A stretch of DNA of 60,634 bases from Octopus bimaculoides. Lineage: Eukaryota. Location: contig NC_068983.1 of assembly GCF_001194135.2 (NCBI RefSeq), positions 26,478,058-26,538,691 on the forward strand, in the 5' to 3' direction. The position numbers and the translations under genes were made by a program. Below, piece after piece: positions 1 through 13,299 of this stretch (position 1 is the first letter of the stretch; every line of letters starts with the position of its first letter). The notes beneath the pieces were generated by a model that worked only from the letters and a program-made list of their open reading frames with translations, ran no database searches and had not been told where the DNA came from.

Positions 1-32
<32 letters not shown>

Positions 33-1212
33 GTGTGAGTGTGTGTGCGTGTGTGTGTGTGTGTGTACTTATACGTATATCTATATGTGTATACATTTAT
101 GCATAGATATATCATACACACACATACACATATACATTAACACCTACGGGAACGTAAACATGTACAGACACACTTTCTCGTATATATCATTGTCTAATGC
201 GTATATAACTATTCCGCACATCATTTTCTAGTCAATGACATTTTGACTAGCACTATACGCCCGATGTGAATATAAAATGAAGGAGGAGCTACATCATTGA
301 AACACAATTTTAAATGGCGATATTTTAAATCTCGGTGAAGTACTATATTTAAAAAGAGCGATATTTTTGAAACAATATTCAACGAAACAATAACATAAAG
401 AATGAAATGTATTTTGCCTATAGTATTTAATTCTATAGCAATTAACTCCATTTACATTCTGGATAATTTCGTGATTCGTGCACCGTAAAAAAAAAAAATA
501 CTACCGCAAATATCATCTTGTTAGTAATGAAACATGATCATGTGTGCAGTTCCTGTCATTTGCTTCATTTTAGAGAGACAGGTACCGAATAAATATTTCC
601 GGCGTCATAAATTGATTCCTTAAGAAAAATATATTGCATGTCTAAACCCAACCCATGCTTTGATGAAGGAGCTTGCAGCACTAATAGTCAGACTAATTTC
701 ACTAAATAAGATCACTCCATGCTGTGTGAGAACTGAAGGGCTTATTGAATATTTATGGAGGAACATGCTACGCTTATTAAAATGAACATTCAGTGAGCGC
801 AGGCATGGTGTTGTTATTAAGAATCTCGCTTTCCAACTACATGATTTCTTGTTCAATCTCACAAAGACGACCAATGAACTCGTGTGAAACAGGAATCGAG
901 TTATGATGCCTGTTACACATATATGTGTATATACAAAAATCAAATGTCTTTCTTCAGACATAGACCCCTAAGAACTGTTTCACGGATTCTGTGACGTAGT
1001 ATGCATCCCCCACATTGGACGGGATGCTTGCCCATAGCAGGATTCCATATTCTGTTTTGCCAGATGAATGAACCTGAGCACCGTGAAATGAAGTGTATGA
1101 CTATAAAAAAAATAATATACGTTCTAGGAGTAGAAACCACACTCATACGAGCATGAGCAAAATACCAGTATGACGAGTACCTTCACGCATACACTCATAG
1201 ACGTACACTATC

Positions 1213-1322
1213 CAACTTGACAACCACTTGACAACCACTGGACAACAGGTATATACTTGTTTAATTCTCCAGTGCTAGCGGTTCAGCATAAGATTCTGTT
1301 AAAATAGACACCAAACTTAAAC
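1213..1322 (+). mobile_element. Degenerate SINE central fragment (same family as 12436-12615 and 47842-48020) with an internal 11-mer triplication
   Basis: acttgacaacc x3 followed by ...ctagcggttcagcataag..., loosely matching the family copies elsewhere in the window. Confidence 0.4.
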
Positions 1323-3509
1323 GTATATACTAGCTTCGATTTGTTAGACTATACACATCAAGCTGTTACCAGAGAATAGCCACTATCCAATGGTTCAGGC
1401 ACTAGAATATAATGCATGATTTTCGTGATTGCAGACATTTAATCTTCGGTGAAACTAATTACGGTTACTAATAAGCAAAACGACATTAATGAGTCAAACT
1501 CAGGATCTGTACAGTTTCCTTTAAACATAAGACACATGTTTATGAAATGCTCCCCAAACGCTTAAAATGACAGAAACATATTTTCTGTAAAGTTAAGTTA
1601 GTCTTGCCTTTAACGAAAACACATGCCATAATTTTCCTTATTTTCCGCCGAATGGGAATAAATATCATACAGTTATAAAACGACATTCGTTTGGAGTCAT
1701 TCCTAGAGTTAAGTTTAATGGGATGTGAAGCGTGAGTCTCGTCGTCTTGGACACCGCTTAACGATGATTACATTTATATGACCTCAAACACGCCCTTTCG
1801 TTTATTATTCAGTTGCGAATTATAAACACATGTACAGGATCATGCGCACATACATGCTCGTAAAACTATATGTCTGTGTGTATATATGTGTGTGTGTGTG
1901 TTTCAAATGTGTGTGTGTGTGTATGTGTGTGTATCACAAAACATATACTTAAGTATAAAAATAGTGCACAGGAAGTAGGGAAAACATAGAGCAAACTAAG
2001 TAGAGGGTTATATAAAAGAAACGTCCTCACCACCTTAAACAAAATACAGCAGAATTTACAAACGAGCTAATAATAAAGAAGCAGACAAACCATATTTGAT
2101 TGCCTATAGCAGTTTTAATTTAGCACCCATACGGTACATTGCAGCGATATCTGTTGAACATTATTTCATTGCTTTCTATATAGGACATAGGAACAATAAA
2201 AGAAAATAGGTAAAAATATAAAAAATAATAACAACACAAATAAAATACAATTTTCCATCTCTTCATTTTCTCATTTTTTTTTTTTTTTGCTTATGTCTTT
2301 TCTTAAAACAAAAGAAGCATACATTTGTGTGTACGCGTGTATGATATAAATAAATATCACTGCGTTATGCGCTTTAAATAGAATACGTTTGTTTGTTTCT
2401 ATGCCGTTATGAAATCAATCAATCAATCAATCAATACTGCATTTTAATGGTAGAATCGTGTGTCGCTTCAGCATACCTATGGCTGTTTCCTATTTTATTT
2501 CAGTTTATCTCATTCGTTTTTTTTTGTTGTTTTTTTGTTCTGTTTNNNNNNNNNNNNNNNNNNNNNNNNNNNNNNNNNNNNNNNNNNNNNNNNNNNNNNN
2601 NNNNNNNNNNNNNNNNNNNNNNNNNNNNNNNNNNNNNNNNNNNNNNNNNNNNNNNNNNNNNNNNNNNNNNNNNNNNNNNNNNNNNNNNNNNNNNNNNNNN
2701 NNNNNNNNNNNNNNNNNNNNNNNNNNNNNNNNNNNNNNNNNNNNNNNNNNNNNNNNNNNNNNNNNNNNNNNNNNNNNNNNNNNNNNNNNNNNNNNNNNNN
2801 NNNNNNNNNNNNNNNNNNNNNNNNNNNNNNNNNNNNNNNNNNNNNNNNNNNTATATATACATATACACATGTATATATATATGTATGTGTGTGTGTGTGT
2901 ACACATTCCTATAGTAGAAACTATTGTGAAATTTGATTCAACGCATTAAAGAAAGCAGCTATAAATGTCATTGCTTATATTGGGCCAAGAACAAACGAAT
3001 ATAGAATCTAAACACTGAAACTTGTATCTTCTTTGATATTTCAGTTGTTTTTTAAGAAAGGTCTTCATTGAGAGACAATAAAACTGAACTCATCTTTGAT
3101 GTAAGTAATTATTTTCATAGCTTTAATATACATAAAAGTCTGTAGGTAAGGTGTTGTGTTCGCGACCATGTGATTAATTCTTCTGTGAAATAATGTAATA
3201 TACAAAGGTTAATGAATTTGCCCAACACTCTGGATAAGTATCGATTTATAGTAGTTAGATTATGATTATGTTGGTTTATCATACTGAATGATTGTAAGCA
3301 ATTATAAACACTAATACCTAATGTGGTGCTGTATGTTTTTAATTCACACGTGACTAATCACGTGTTATAAATGGATATAATTAATACACACATATTCATC
3401 TGTGAATGGGTTTGGCAAACCTACGGGTTCGAACCATACATTAAAGCAGTAATGTTGAACTATTAGATATAAAATTTGGCACAAGACCAGCAAGTTTGAG
3501 GAAGTCGGA

Positions 3510-3665
3510 AATTCAATTACAACGAAAGTGCTACATTCGTACTTATTTTGTCGGCCCTATAATGTATTAAAGATAAAGTTGACCTCGGCGGAATTAGAAC
3601 TCAGAACATAAAGGCGGGTGAAATGTTACTAAGCATTTTCCTCAGTGGGCAATCGGTCCTGTTAC
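3510..3665 (-). mobile_element. tRNA-derived SINE, degenerate copy
   Basis: Reverse complement of the head and core seen at 8493 (gttgacctcggcggaattagaactcagaac...ctaagcatttt). Confidence 0.7.
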
Positions 3666-3767
3666 ATCCCTGCATATTAATGCTGAAATGTTGAAATATT
3701 TCAGTACTCGTAAAAAAAGATACAAATCAAAAGCAATCGTGTCATCACTATTAGACGGTAGAAAGAA

Positions 3768-3973
3768 GGCGGCGAGCTAACAAAATTGTTAGCACGCCGA
3801 GCAAAACGTTTTCACAGCATTTCGTCCATCTTTACGTTTTGAGTTCAAATTCTGACCTTACCATTCATCCTTTCGGAGTCGATAAATTAAGTATCAGTGA
3901 AACACTGGGGTCGGTGAAATCGACTAGTCTCCTCCTTCCAAAATTTCAGGTCTTGTACATTTAGTAGAGAGAA
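3768..3973 (+). mobile_element. tRNA-derived SINE, near full length
   Basis: GGCGGCGAGCT head, B-box-like gagttcaaattc, core ttcatcctttcggagtcgataaattaagta, tail aaatttcaggtcttgtac...agtagagag; aligns by eye with 8493-8943. Confidence 0.85.
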
Positions 3974-4765
3974 TGACGGAAAAAATGATTGGTGGATTAT
4001 GCCAACCCATGGACACTTGAATACAGACATGTGCAAACACACACATATAAATACGTACACATATGCATATGCACGTACACATACATATGCATAATATGTA
4101 CGCATACATATGCAAAAATGCGCAAGGGGACATACACATGCTTACAAGAACTGTGTATCGTCTTTTGTTGTTTGAAAGTCAGTATATCAATATATGTTTC
4201 TTTACTACTGTTTTCTGAAATTCCTTTGCTATGTGCAAGACGATATTGAACACAACACCCTGTATGTGCATAAGCGTAGTTAGTTGGCGACTCCGTGCCC
4301 CACGTCTAGCTGGGTGTTTGAATATGTTTAAAAATATAAAAAAATACATACACACATACGTAAATACGTCTACATCTTTACGTATGTCTGTCACTGTCTC
4401 TCTCTCTCATTTTCTCTCACAGACATTCTCTCCCAATATATATATATATATATATATATANNNNNNNNNNNNNNNNNNNNNNNNNNNNNNNNNNNNNNNN
4501 NNNNNNNNNNNNNNNNNNNNNNNNNNNNNNNNNNNNNNNNNNNNNNNNNNNNNNNNNNNNNNNNNNNNNNNNNNNNNNNNNNNNNNNNNNNNNNNNNNNN
4601 NNNNNNNNNNNNNNNNNNNNNNNNNNNNNNNNNNNNNNNNNNNNNNNNNNNNNNNNNNNNNNNNNNNNNNNNNNNNNNNNNNNNNNNNNNNNNNNNNNNN
4701 NNNNNNNNNNNNNNNNNNNNNNNNNNNNNNNNNNNNNNNNNNNNNNNNNNNNNNNNNNNNNNNNN

Positions 4766-4801
<36 letters not shown>

Positions 4802-6235
4802 GTGTGTGTGTGTGGTGGCGGAGTGTAAGAATATATTTTTTTATCTGCGTGTGTGCAAGCATTAGAGTTTGCGTTCTCACTCCAAAATTGGAGACTCGTA
4901 AAATAATAATTACCTCTCTTGTATGGAACAAATGTTACATACATATCTAAGCGAATCGTAAGAATATTGTCGTGGTCTCTTCATTCTTCCTTACATCTCA
5001 AAGAAACTTTCAAATAATGGCCGCTGATTTTGTTTTGCGTATTTATATATAACGCAATATAATGGACAATAGCCCAAATGGAAGATAAAAACTGAATAAC
5101 TATAAAACATGAAGAGGTGGAAAATTCGGCCTGAGTAATGCGTCAATGGAAAGCAGTTAAATTCTATTTTATGATAAAGGCATATAGAACGGTTATTGGT
5201 GCAACTTAGAGAAAAGATAAAGAAGTGTGTCGAATTGATCAGTTTGAAAAAAGGAGTTAACTTAAGATATTTTTAAAAAATTCTGATAAACAAGTAACAA
5301 ATGTGAGAGGACTTCATGATAAGTGTAGTAGGTTTTATGTGACATATGCGGGATTGAATTAAAACAAACGTATAATCTAATCGATTAATTTAGGCAGTAT
5401 ATGAATTGACCAATGTATTTTTAAAACAAACATGCTAAAATATTGAATACTTTTATTTTAGCTAATTGCTTATAACTAGAGTAACGTAATGGTTGTTATA
5501 AAGGAAATGAATACGAGTCAGATGACTGTTGAAAAAAGGTATTGTCTTATTCTAAATGACATATAACTCAAACATACAAAATGATACAAAATTACCTGTT
5601 TTATACTTGGGAAATTCGCAGTGCAACTATTTCATCCAAGTTTCAAGAGAGCGAATATGTACTTCGGAATGAGTAACAAGGCTTATTTCTTAAAGGAAGA
5701 AAGATGAATACAGTATAATATAGATATATTTGTATTCATAAATAATTCAGAGATACACATGGAGAACCACAAACTAAGCTTCTCATGCTGTTTTGTTTAT
5801 GTTTTTATTTATGATAGTCTGTTGTACTTATATAATTAATGCACATATAACACTTAGTTACCGATATTTGTTTTGTGCGTGTGTATGCGTGCGTGATGGA
5901 GAGTATATATGTGTGCGTGTCAGTATATATGTGTGTATAGGCGCATGCGCATCTGTACGATTTATTTTAATATACATATTCTTGAATACATATCGTACCG
6001 TTTCTTTCCACTTCTATATACCCATACAAATATAAACTTACATACGCACGCACACTCACATATACACACGCACACTCACATACATACACGCTCAAGTGCA
6101 TCAAGGAATATTCGTGTTCTGGTAAATAGTTTTATTTGTCTGAAATGTTTCTTTTACATACTTACACTTTGCAGAACTTTGGAAAAGACAAATTGTGCTT
6201 ATATTTACAAGCCATTTATTATTAGAGGAATACGC

Positions 6236-6345
6236 GCGGGTATGACTACGTGGTCAAGAAGTTCGCTTTGGAACAAAATGATCTCGAGTTGAATCCCTCT
6301 ACGCCACAGCTTGGACAATTGGGTTTTACTAAAACCTCGGATCAA
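6236..6345 (+). mobile_element. Head fragment of a second tRNA-derived SINE family
   Basis: A-box-like tacgtggtcaagaag, B-box-like gagttgaatccc, then cagcttggacaattg resembling a CORE-type motif; family assignment from recall. Confidence 0.45.
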
Positions 6346-6413
6346 ACCACTCTATATATTATATGTGGCAGGTGCTAGACACAAATAAGGAGAATGAGAA
6401 GGCCCGTTATATA

Positions 6414-6444
<31 letters not shown>

Positions 6445-7316
6445 NNNNNNNNNNNNNNNNNNNNNNNNNNNNNNNNNNNNNNNNNNNNNNNNNNNNNNNN
6501 NNNNNNNNNNNNNNNNNNNNNNNNNNNNNNNNNNNNNNNNNNNNNNNNNNNNNNNNNNNNNNNNNNNNNNNNNNNNNNNNNNNNNNNNNNNNNNNNNNNN
6601 NNNNNNNNNNNNNNNNNNNNNNNNNNNNNNNNNNNNNNNNNNNNNNNNNNNNNNNNNNNNNNNNNNNNNNNNNNNNNNNNNNNNNNNNNNNNNNNNNNNN
6701 NNNNNNNNNNNNNNNNNNNNNNNNNNNNNNNNNNNNNNNNNNNNNNNNNNNNNNNNNNNNNNNNNNNNNNNNNNNNNNNNNNNNNNNNNNNNNNNNNNNN
6801 NNNNNNNNNNNNNNNNNNNNNNNNNNNNNNNNNNNNNNNNNNNNNNNNNNNNNNNNNNNNNNNNNNNNNNNNNNNNNNNNNNNNNNNNNNNNNNNNNNNN
6901 NNNNNNNNNNNNNNNNNNNNNNNNNNNNNNNNNNNNNNNNNNNNNNNNNNNNNNNNNNNNNNNNNNNNNNNNNNNNNNNNNNNNNNNNNNNNNNNNNNNN
7001 NNNNNNNNNNNNNNNNNNNNNNNNNNNNNNNNNNNNNNNNNNNNNNNNNNNNNNNNNNNNNNNNNNNNNNNNNNNNNNNNNNNNNNNNNNNNNNNNNNNN
7101 NNNNNNNNNNNNNNNNNNNNNNNNNNNNNNNNNNNNNNNNNNNNNNNNNNNNNNNNNNNNNNNNNNNNNNNNNNNTATATATATATATATCGGAGAATTT
7201 ACGAAAAAAAATCAACAGACGAAGACAGGTGGTGTAAACAACAAATGGATGTATTAGTTTAACGCTCGGGAATAGAGAAAGGAACACAGAAAGAAATAAG
7301 GAGAGAAAAAAGGAGA

Positions 7317-7349
<33 letters not shown>

Positions 7350-8492
7350 AATCCGTTTTCTAACTCCAGTTAACAAAGTGATTCGCCAAAATTATGCCAA
7401 CTTTGCAGCATATTTACTGAGTCTGAGTTCATTGACTAAACATTCAATGTTTAAAGCATGTCGCCTGATTTCGGTATATTTTGATATTTTCTGTCAGAAA
7501 CGGCTTTTGTATAACCAGTAATCATCTAACTCTGTTTTCGCAAAATCCCCCAATGAGAACTCTTCACTTATATGGTGGAAATTATTTTAAGAAAAGCAAA
7601 AGCATTCAAATTCTGAAGTATCTTAAAACATGACACTGATAGATATCAAACTGCCATGTAAATATCAGAAAAATTGATATGTTACTGTTGGTTTGAGAAT
7701 ACATGTCTTGTCACTACAAACGAATGAATTTTTCAGTGAAGCTGTAATGAATCAAAAAACTCTACTCCCAACCTTTTACGCAAGAATCCAAAATAAAGTC
7801 CCTGCCGATATGAATAAATAAGTAGCATAAAATATAGTTGGAGAAAAAAATAAACCCATTTCTTTTAAAATGAAATACCAATACGATATGATGTGTTGGA
7901 TGTAATCGATTAAAAACTATGCCAAAACATATATAGATCTATAGCAGAAGTTGGTCACGTGTGACTTCACATTTAGGTTTGACATGCAGGCATATAATGT
8001 AAAAGAGTCACACAGTCTATCCTGCATCTTTTTGTGGTATAGTGTATGTAAACTTAGATAACATGTTATATCATTGTTTTTAAGTTGGCCGAGTGTTTTT
8101 TCAATAGGATTGTTCCGAATTTCTAGTATATCTGTGAGAATACATTGATTGACTTTATTTCACGATTTACACTACGATAATGCAATTTATGACACCGGGC
8201 ACTTTTCAAATCGATATCAGGAACTGGGTAGGAACAGGCACATCCATCCAGCTATAATACATGGATGATACTTATTTTCTTGACATTGATAAAGCAGAAA
8301 TTCCTTCATGTGTTTTAGCATAAACCCGACATTTGGCTAAGGTGTCGTGTCACAAAATCAAAGATGTCTAAAAACATCGAATTTAGAATTAGTGTATGTA
8401 AACATAAATATATATATAGCTTTTAAAGAAAATTGTACTGTGCCGTACGTGAAAAATTTCAACGCATTAATTGTAATATTTAGGTTCTCTTA

Positions 8493-8750
8493 GGCGGCGA
8501 GCTGGCAGAAAGGTTAGCACGCCGGGTGAAATGCCTAGCGGTATTTCGTCTGCCGCTACATTCTGAATTCAAATTCCGCTTAGGTCGACTTTGCTTTTCA
8601 TCCTTTCAGGTAGATTAAATAAGATTAAATAAGTCGATTATATCGATCCCACTTACGCACCGGGGTCGATATAATCAACGTAATATGTTTGTCCGTCCTT
8701 GGTTGTCCCCTCTGTGTGTAGCCCTTGTGAGAAGTAATAAAATAAGAAAC
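8493..8750 (+). mobile_element. tRNA-derived SINE, full length, tail type A
   Basis: GGCGGCGAGCTGGCAGAAAGGTTAGCACG head, gaattcaaattcc B-box-like motif, core ggtcgactttgcttttcatcctttc, tail ttgtcccctctgtgtgtagccc, A-rich end. Confidence 0.9.
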
Positions 8751-8943
8751 ATTAGGACGCCAGGCAAAATGCTTAGCGGTATTTCGTCTGTCTTTACGCT
8801 CTGAGTTCAAATTCCGCCGAGATCGAATTTGCCTTTCATCCTTTCGGGATCGTTAAATTAAGTACCAGCTGAGTACTGGGGTCGAGCTAATCATCTGGTC
8901 CCCTTCCCTCGAAATTTCGGGCATTGTGCCTAGAGTAGAAGAT
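8751..8943 (+). mobile_element. tRNA-derived SINE, 5'-truncated, tail type B, directly in tandem with the previous copy
   Basis: Repeats the head and core of 8493 (gagttcaaattccgccgagatcgaatttgcctttcatcctttcggg) but ends gaaatttcgggcattgtgcctagagtagaaag. Confidence 0.9.
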
Positions 8944-10410
8944 AATATTTATTTACATTTAGATAATACAGCAAGCATTCTCATATATCTAGATCTTAAC
9001 ACATATGCACTTCGTTCAGTAATGTTGATACCACTCAACGGCGTAAAACCTGCCGTTCGCTACCACATGGGTACGTGCGAATAAAACTTGGAAAAAGATA
9101 TAATGTCCTAATTATGCATAAATGAAGCACTAACACTTCGGTACTTTTTGATGCCCAGTAAACACTCACTATATATATTTAATAAATCATAACTCTTAAT
9201 GTTTGTGCGTTGGAGCAGTGATTTAGCCACATGAAAAGGAAGAAAATACTGCTAAAAAACATGCTTGCGTCCATTCTCACATGCATTTATTTAAATATTT
9301 CCTTGACCGATCGCGCAAGGTGATGCGCGGTTTTATATACATTTATGATTTATTCAATAAGATACATATACTTATGTTAGCAGCCACATATGTATATACA
9401 AAATCTTTAAAGTCAGTTCGTTGAAAATCAATGAGTGTATATAAAAGTTGCTGTTATAATGGTCATTAAATAGTAAATATATTGATAATGTAGATGTAAA
9501 TCTTCTGAGAAGAAAAATTAACATTAACAAATGTAATGAAAAAATTAAAACAGGAACAAGTTATCAGTATTGGATGCAGACAGTGTGCATATAATTTGCA
9601 ATAGTGACCGAAATGTCTGAGTTTGTAATTATTGTTCGACATAAAAATAGTCGAGTATTTAAAGAGAATCACAGGCATCATGAGTGATGGCGACATCATT
9701 CTATTTTAGATTGCGGTAAAACAATACAAGTGAGCATAGTTATAGCTTTAAGCAGCCCTCAGACTTACAAGAAATGAATAAAACTTGTTTGACAGGCTTT
9801 CTAATTTAGAGCATCCGCAAAGCCGGTATTACATAACATTAATTGGCTGTGTTTAAAATTATTTTGAACGACTATGGATGTAGGAGAGGGAAAATTAATT
9901 GCTATATGAAATTGTTTCTTCTCCCTTAGTCTTCAATTCAAATCTTAGCTAAGTTTTTCGTATAATCTAGTAGCAGAATAAGTAAATTAATATAGGACTA
10001 CTAGATAAGTGAGTGAAATTACATATGCATTTAATTGTACTGTAATAATTCTACGATGAAAATATGGGAGAGTTCAGCTGGTTGCTAATAGCTAACGTTG
10101 AGGGATATATGACGGGAACTTAGCAGTACCGTAGAATGTTGTACAAAGTAGATGGTGGTTTTTGTTCCGGTCCCATACGTTCTGAGTTCATACTCAACCA
10201 TTTGATATTCTGCAACTTCACTAGTCTCTAATGCATCACTGTACTCTGGTACTGTACTCTATCGGCAGTAATTTGTCCTATTTACCTCATCAGAGACACA
10301 GAAAGGCTATATTTGCTGAAGAGTCTGCTACTGGTCTTCTTAGGCATGCGTTTGCAATAGGAGCGTCGAGGTGTGTGTTCAAAGCACACTAAAAAAGTTT
10401 GACATATGTA

Positions 10411-11226
10411 CAGGGTACGATGGGTACATTGTTCCCATTTCATATCCTTAACATTTCACGCCTACGTGTTGTTTGTTTTTGATTTTGTGGCCAACACAGT
10501 ACAGCAGGGTCATTTGTGAACCGTCTTGGAGAAAAACAGCACCATGACGCAATTCACTCAACCAGAACTTTGGAAGCGAAATGTTGTACTACTTGGCATT
10601 TGCGCCGGAAGCTCCACTACAAATATTTCAGAGTATTTGGGTGTCATTCTGAGGACATGTACCGAGAGTGATAAATATCAAACATCCAGTCAACATCATG
10701 GGGTTTGGAGTTACCACTAGTGATGGCGTCGTTATACTTTCCTTCATCTTCCCACACGGTCTCAGACTTAATATAAAGTGCCTGGGGGAGGTAGTTCTGC
10801 CCTGGGTCAAGAGGGTGGCTGCTAGAAGGTCCTATGGCTGGCAAAAAGACTCTGCACCATGCCATACAAGCAAGAGAACCCAGTCCTTTTTGACAGACAA
10901 TTTCTGCGACCGCATCACCCCTAATGTTTGGCCACCTAACACTCCTGACTGGTATTACAAGGAGTTTGATGCAAAAAGGAAATGAAGGCAAGTATTATGG
11001 CAGCAATCACCAACTTAAGCAAGGAGACCATCTCGAAGATTTGCAGAAAATTCCGAAGTCTTGTGGTGGCCGTAGTTAAAGCCATTGGCGATTTTATCGA
11101 ATAAATTTACTCGTTGGTATGCAAAGATATTTTATGTAATTCTGGTATATATATCTCTTAAAATGAGAAGACCATGTTATTTTCATTTTTGCGCAATTTA
11201 GACGACAATTTATTCACCGCAAACTG
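10411..11226 (+). mobile_element. Tc1/mariner non-autonomous element (internally deleted transposase)
   Basis: TA-flanked degenerate TIRs (CAGGGTACGATGGGTACATTGT / revcomp CAGTTTGCGGTGAATAAATTGT); translation KHPVNIMGFGVTTSDG...WQKDSAPCHTS...WPPNTPD matches mariner/Tc1 catalytic motifs (QQDxAPxH, WPPNSPD); frameshifts and deletions. Confidence 0.88.
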
Positions 11227-11261
11227 TATATCTTATTTTCCATACCTGTTTGATTATTGCC

Positions 11262-11455
11262 TACTATAATTGGGACAAATGTTGGCACAATATCAGCAAA
11301 TTCGGGGGATGGATTACATCGACACCAGTGTTTCACTGGTACTTATCTTTTCGACTTCGAAACGATGAAAAGCAAAATCAGCCTCGGTGAAATTTCAAAT
11401 CTGAACATAATGGCGGACGAAATGTCGCTAAGCATATTGCCCCACGTTTCATCTC
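11262..11455 (-). mobile_element. tRNA-derived SINE, degenerate
   Basis: Reverse complement of head, core and type B tail (actggtacttatcttttcgacttcgaaacgatgaaaagc...gacgaaatgtcgctaagcat). Confidence 0.75.
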
Positions 11456-11973
11456 CTTACTGATTACTATGTCGGACAAAATTAAAAGACCTGAAATTTT
11501 ACCAGAAATATGTTACCGTATTACAACGACCACTGGTCATAACATGTAATTTAGTTTATCGATTTTAAAGGGTTAAAAATCACAGCTCTTGTTGAAAGGA
11601 TTTGAATTCTGGACTTAAAATTCGCTGGATCATATAGTACGAGGCACAACTTTTCAGCACGAAAGATTCCATTAACACACCGCATTTGACTAGAGGCTAA
11701 TTTTCTTCCATCTAGGAGCGGTAAACTTCAACATTGTTCTTGGCTCTAATTCAACTGGGAACATAAAGCTGCAAAACAAATTTCTCACAATATTGCTTCC
11801 GACATTATGTCATAACACTAAATTAAGTTTGAATAATTACAAAGTGAAGACGTGTTTCATCGTATTGACCTGTTGAATAGGAAAATTTCTTTGGGTGGGA
11901 AGTCGATTAAGAAGTACTCGCTCCAGATTGGGTTTAAAAGACGTCTTTCATGAACAGAGGGCACACAGACACT

Positions 11974-11976
<3 letters not shown>

Positions 11977-12026
<50 letters not shown>
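11977..12026. repeat. (CA)n microsatellite
   Basis: Direct reading. Confidence 0.95.
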
Positions 12027-12239
12027 GTGGGTGTGTCGGGGTTGAGTGTGAACGTGTGCGTATGTTTGTCAGTGTGTGTGTGTCTGTGTCTGTGTGTGTG
12101 AGTGCCTGTATATGTACGTGTGAATGAGTGTGTGAACTGCATCATGGCATAAGGCAGTCCATGGTCTAATTAGTCGAAACTTCGAAGGCACTGCCACCAT
12201 AAATTTCTACTTTTCAAAAGTAGAGGGTAATCACTCAGA

Positions 12240-12358
12240 TTAATGGCTGAACTGGCACAAACATGAGCATGCTAGACACAATGATGAGCAGTATTTCGTC
12301 TGTTTCATTTTGAGTTAAAATTTCCTCGAGGTCTTCATTGCATTTATTCCTTTAAGAG
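12240..12358 (+). mobile_element. SINE head fragment
   Basis: ggctgaactggcac...agtatttcgtctgtttcattttgagttaaaattt resembles the 8493 head. Confidence 0.55.
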
Positions 12359-12375
12359 GAATATACATACATTCA

Positions 12376-12377
<2 letters not shown>

Positions 12378-12436
<59 letters not shown>
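12378..12436. repeat. (GT)n microsatellite
   Basis: Direct reading. Confidence 0.95.
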
Positions 12437-12442
<6 letters not shown>

Positions 12443-12615
12443 CCATCACCACTTGAATACCGGGCTTTTGTCCCACTAACTCCGAAGATTCGCAAACGGA
12501 AGCGATAGAACAAATACTAGGCTTAAACATTAACTTCTACGTTCGATTCGTTGAATTAAAATTATTCAAGGCGATGTTGCATCAAACCCACAATCCAAAT
12601 ACTCAAACAAGTAAA
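12437..12615 (+). mobile_element. 3' half of the second SINE family following a (GT)n tract
   Basis: cgatagaacaaatactaggcttaaa...ttcaaggcgatg matches the reverse complement of 47842-48020. Confidence 0.6.
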
Positions 12616-13299
12616 TATACGTAAACAAGCATATTATAATACACACACGCATATATGATATAAAATAATTTCGCACTGCTATACCCTGTAAAAAAAGATG
12701 TATTCAAAAACAAGAAGAAAATAATGTAATATTGTCCTAAGAAAGACTTTGATAGTCTTTATCTTTGTATCTAACATTTTATAGCTATATTCATTTTCAT
12801 GGTAATACATTTAATTGCATTTTAATTAAACCTTTATCTAAATGATCTACATGGCTGTAGGTGCATCTTGATTAAACCTCGTTATGTTTATTATATTTGT
12901 AATATACTTGATGTAAACTAATATTGCTACAAACAATATTGAAAGTATAATTTTATTAAGATAGGTATAATTACATATTTAACGAAAATACGTTTTGCAT
13001 TTCTTCGACAATAATTCAGAATTATATATTGGTTTTATGTTACCCGGAAGCTTATTTTTAGAAAAGCAGCTCGTTTCGTGCGTTTGTTTGTGCGTTTATA
13101 ATTATACTTATATAAATATACTATAAACACATATACATACACGCATACAGACACACACACACACATGTAACTGTAGATATGCGGGTGTCTTTATTGAAAT
13201 ATGGTCTACTCAGTATGTTAGAAATGCTCTATAAAGCAGCATTTTTAAGAATTGGAATTAATGATATATCGACACCAGATTCAGCACGAAATGGAATTT

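Noticed and set aside
640-1100. Possible mariner remnant (FDEGACSTNSQ) and a familiar-looking repeat at 962-1099
   Set aside because: No ordered motifs and no second copy in the window, so neither can be supported from sequence alone.
3044-3100. tttcag...gtaagt exon-like segment
   Set aside because: Stops in all three frames; at best a non-coding exon, with no further evidence.
8493-8580. tRNA gene
   Set aside because: A- and B-box-like motifs are present, but there is no cloverleaf and the sequence continues into a SINE core present in many copies.
12160-12186. Near-palindrome followed by GAAAC (hammerhead half)
   Set aside because: No CUGANGA core upstream.
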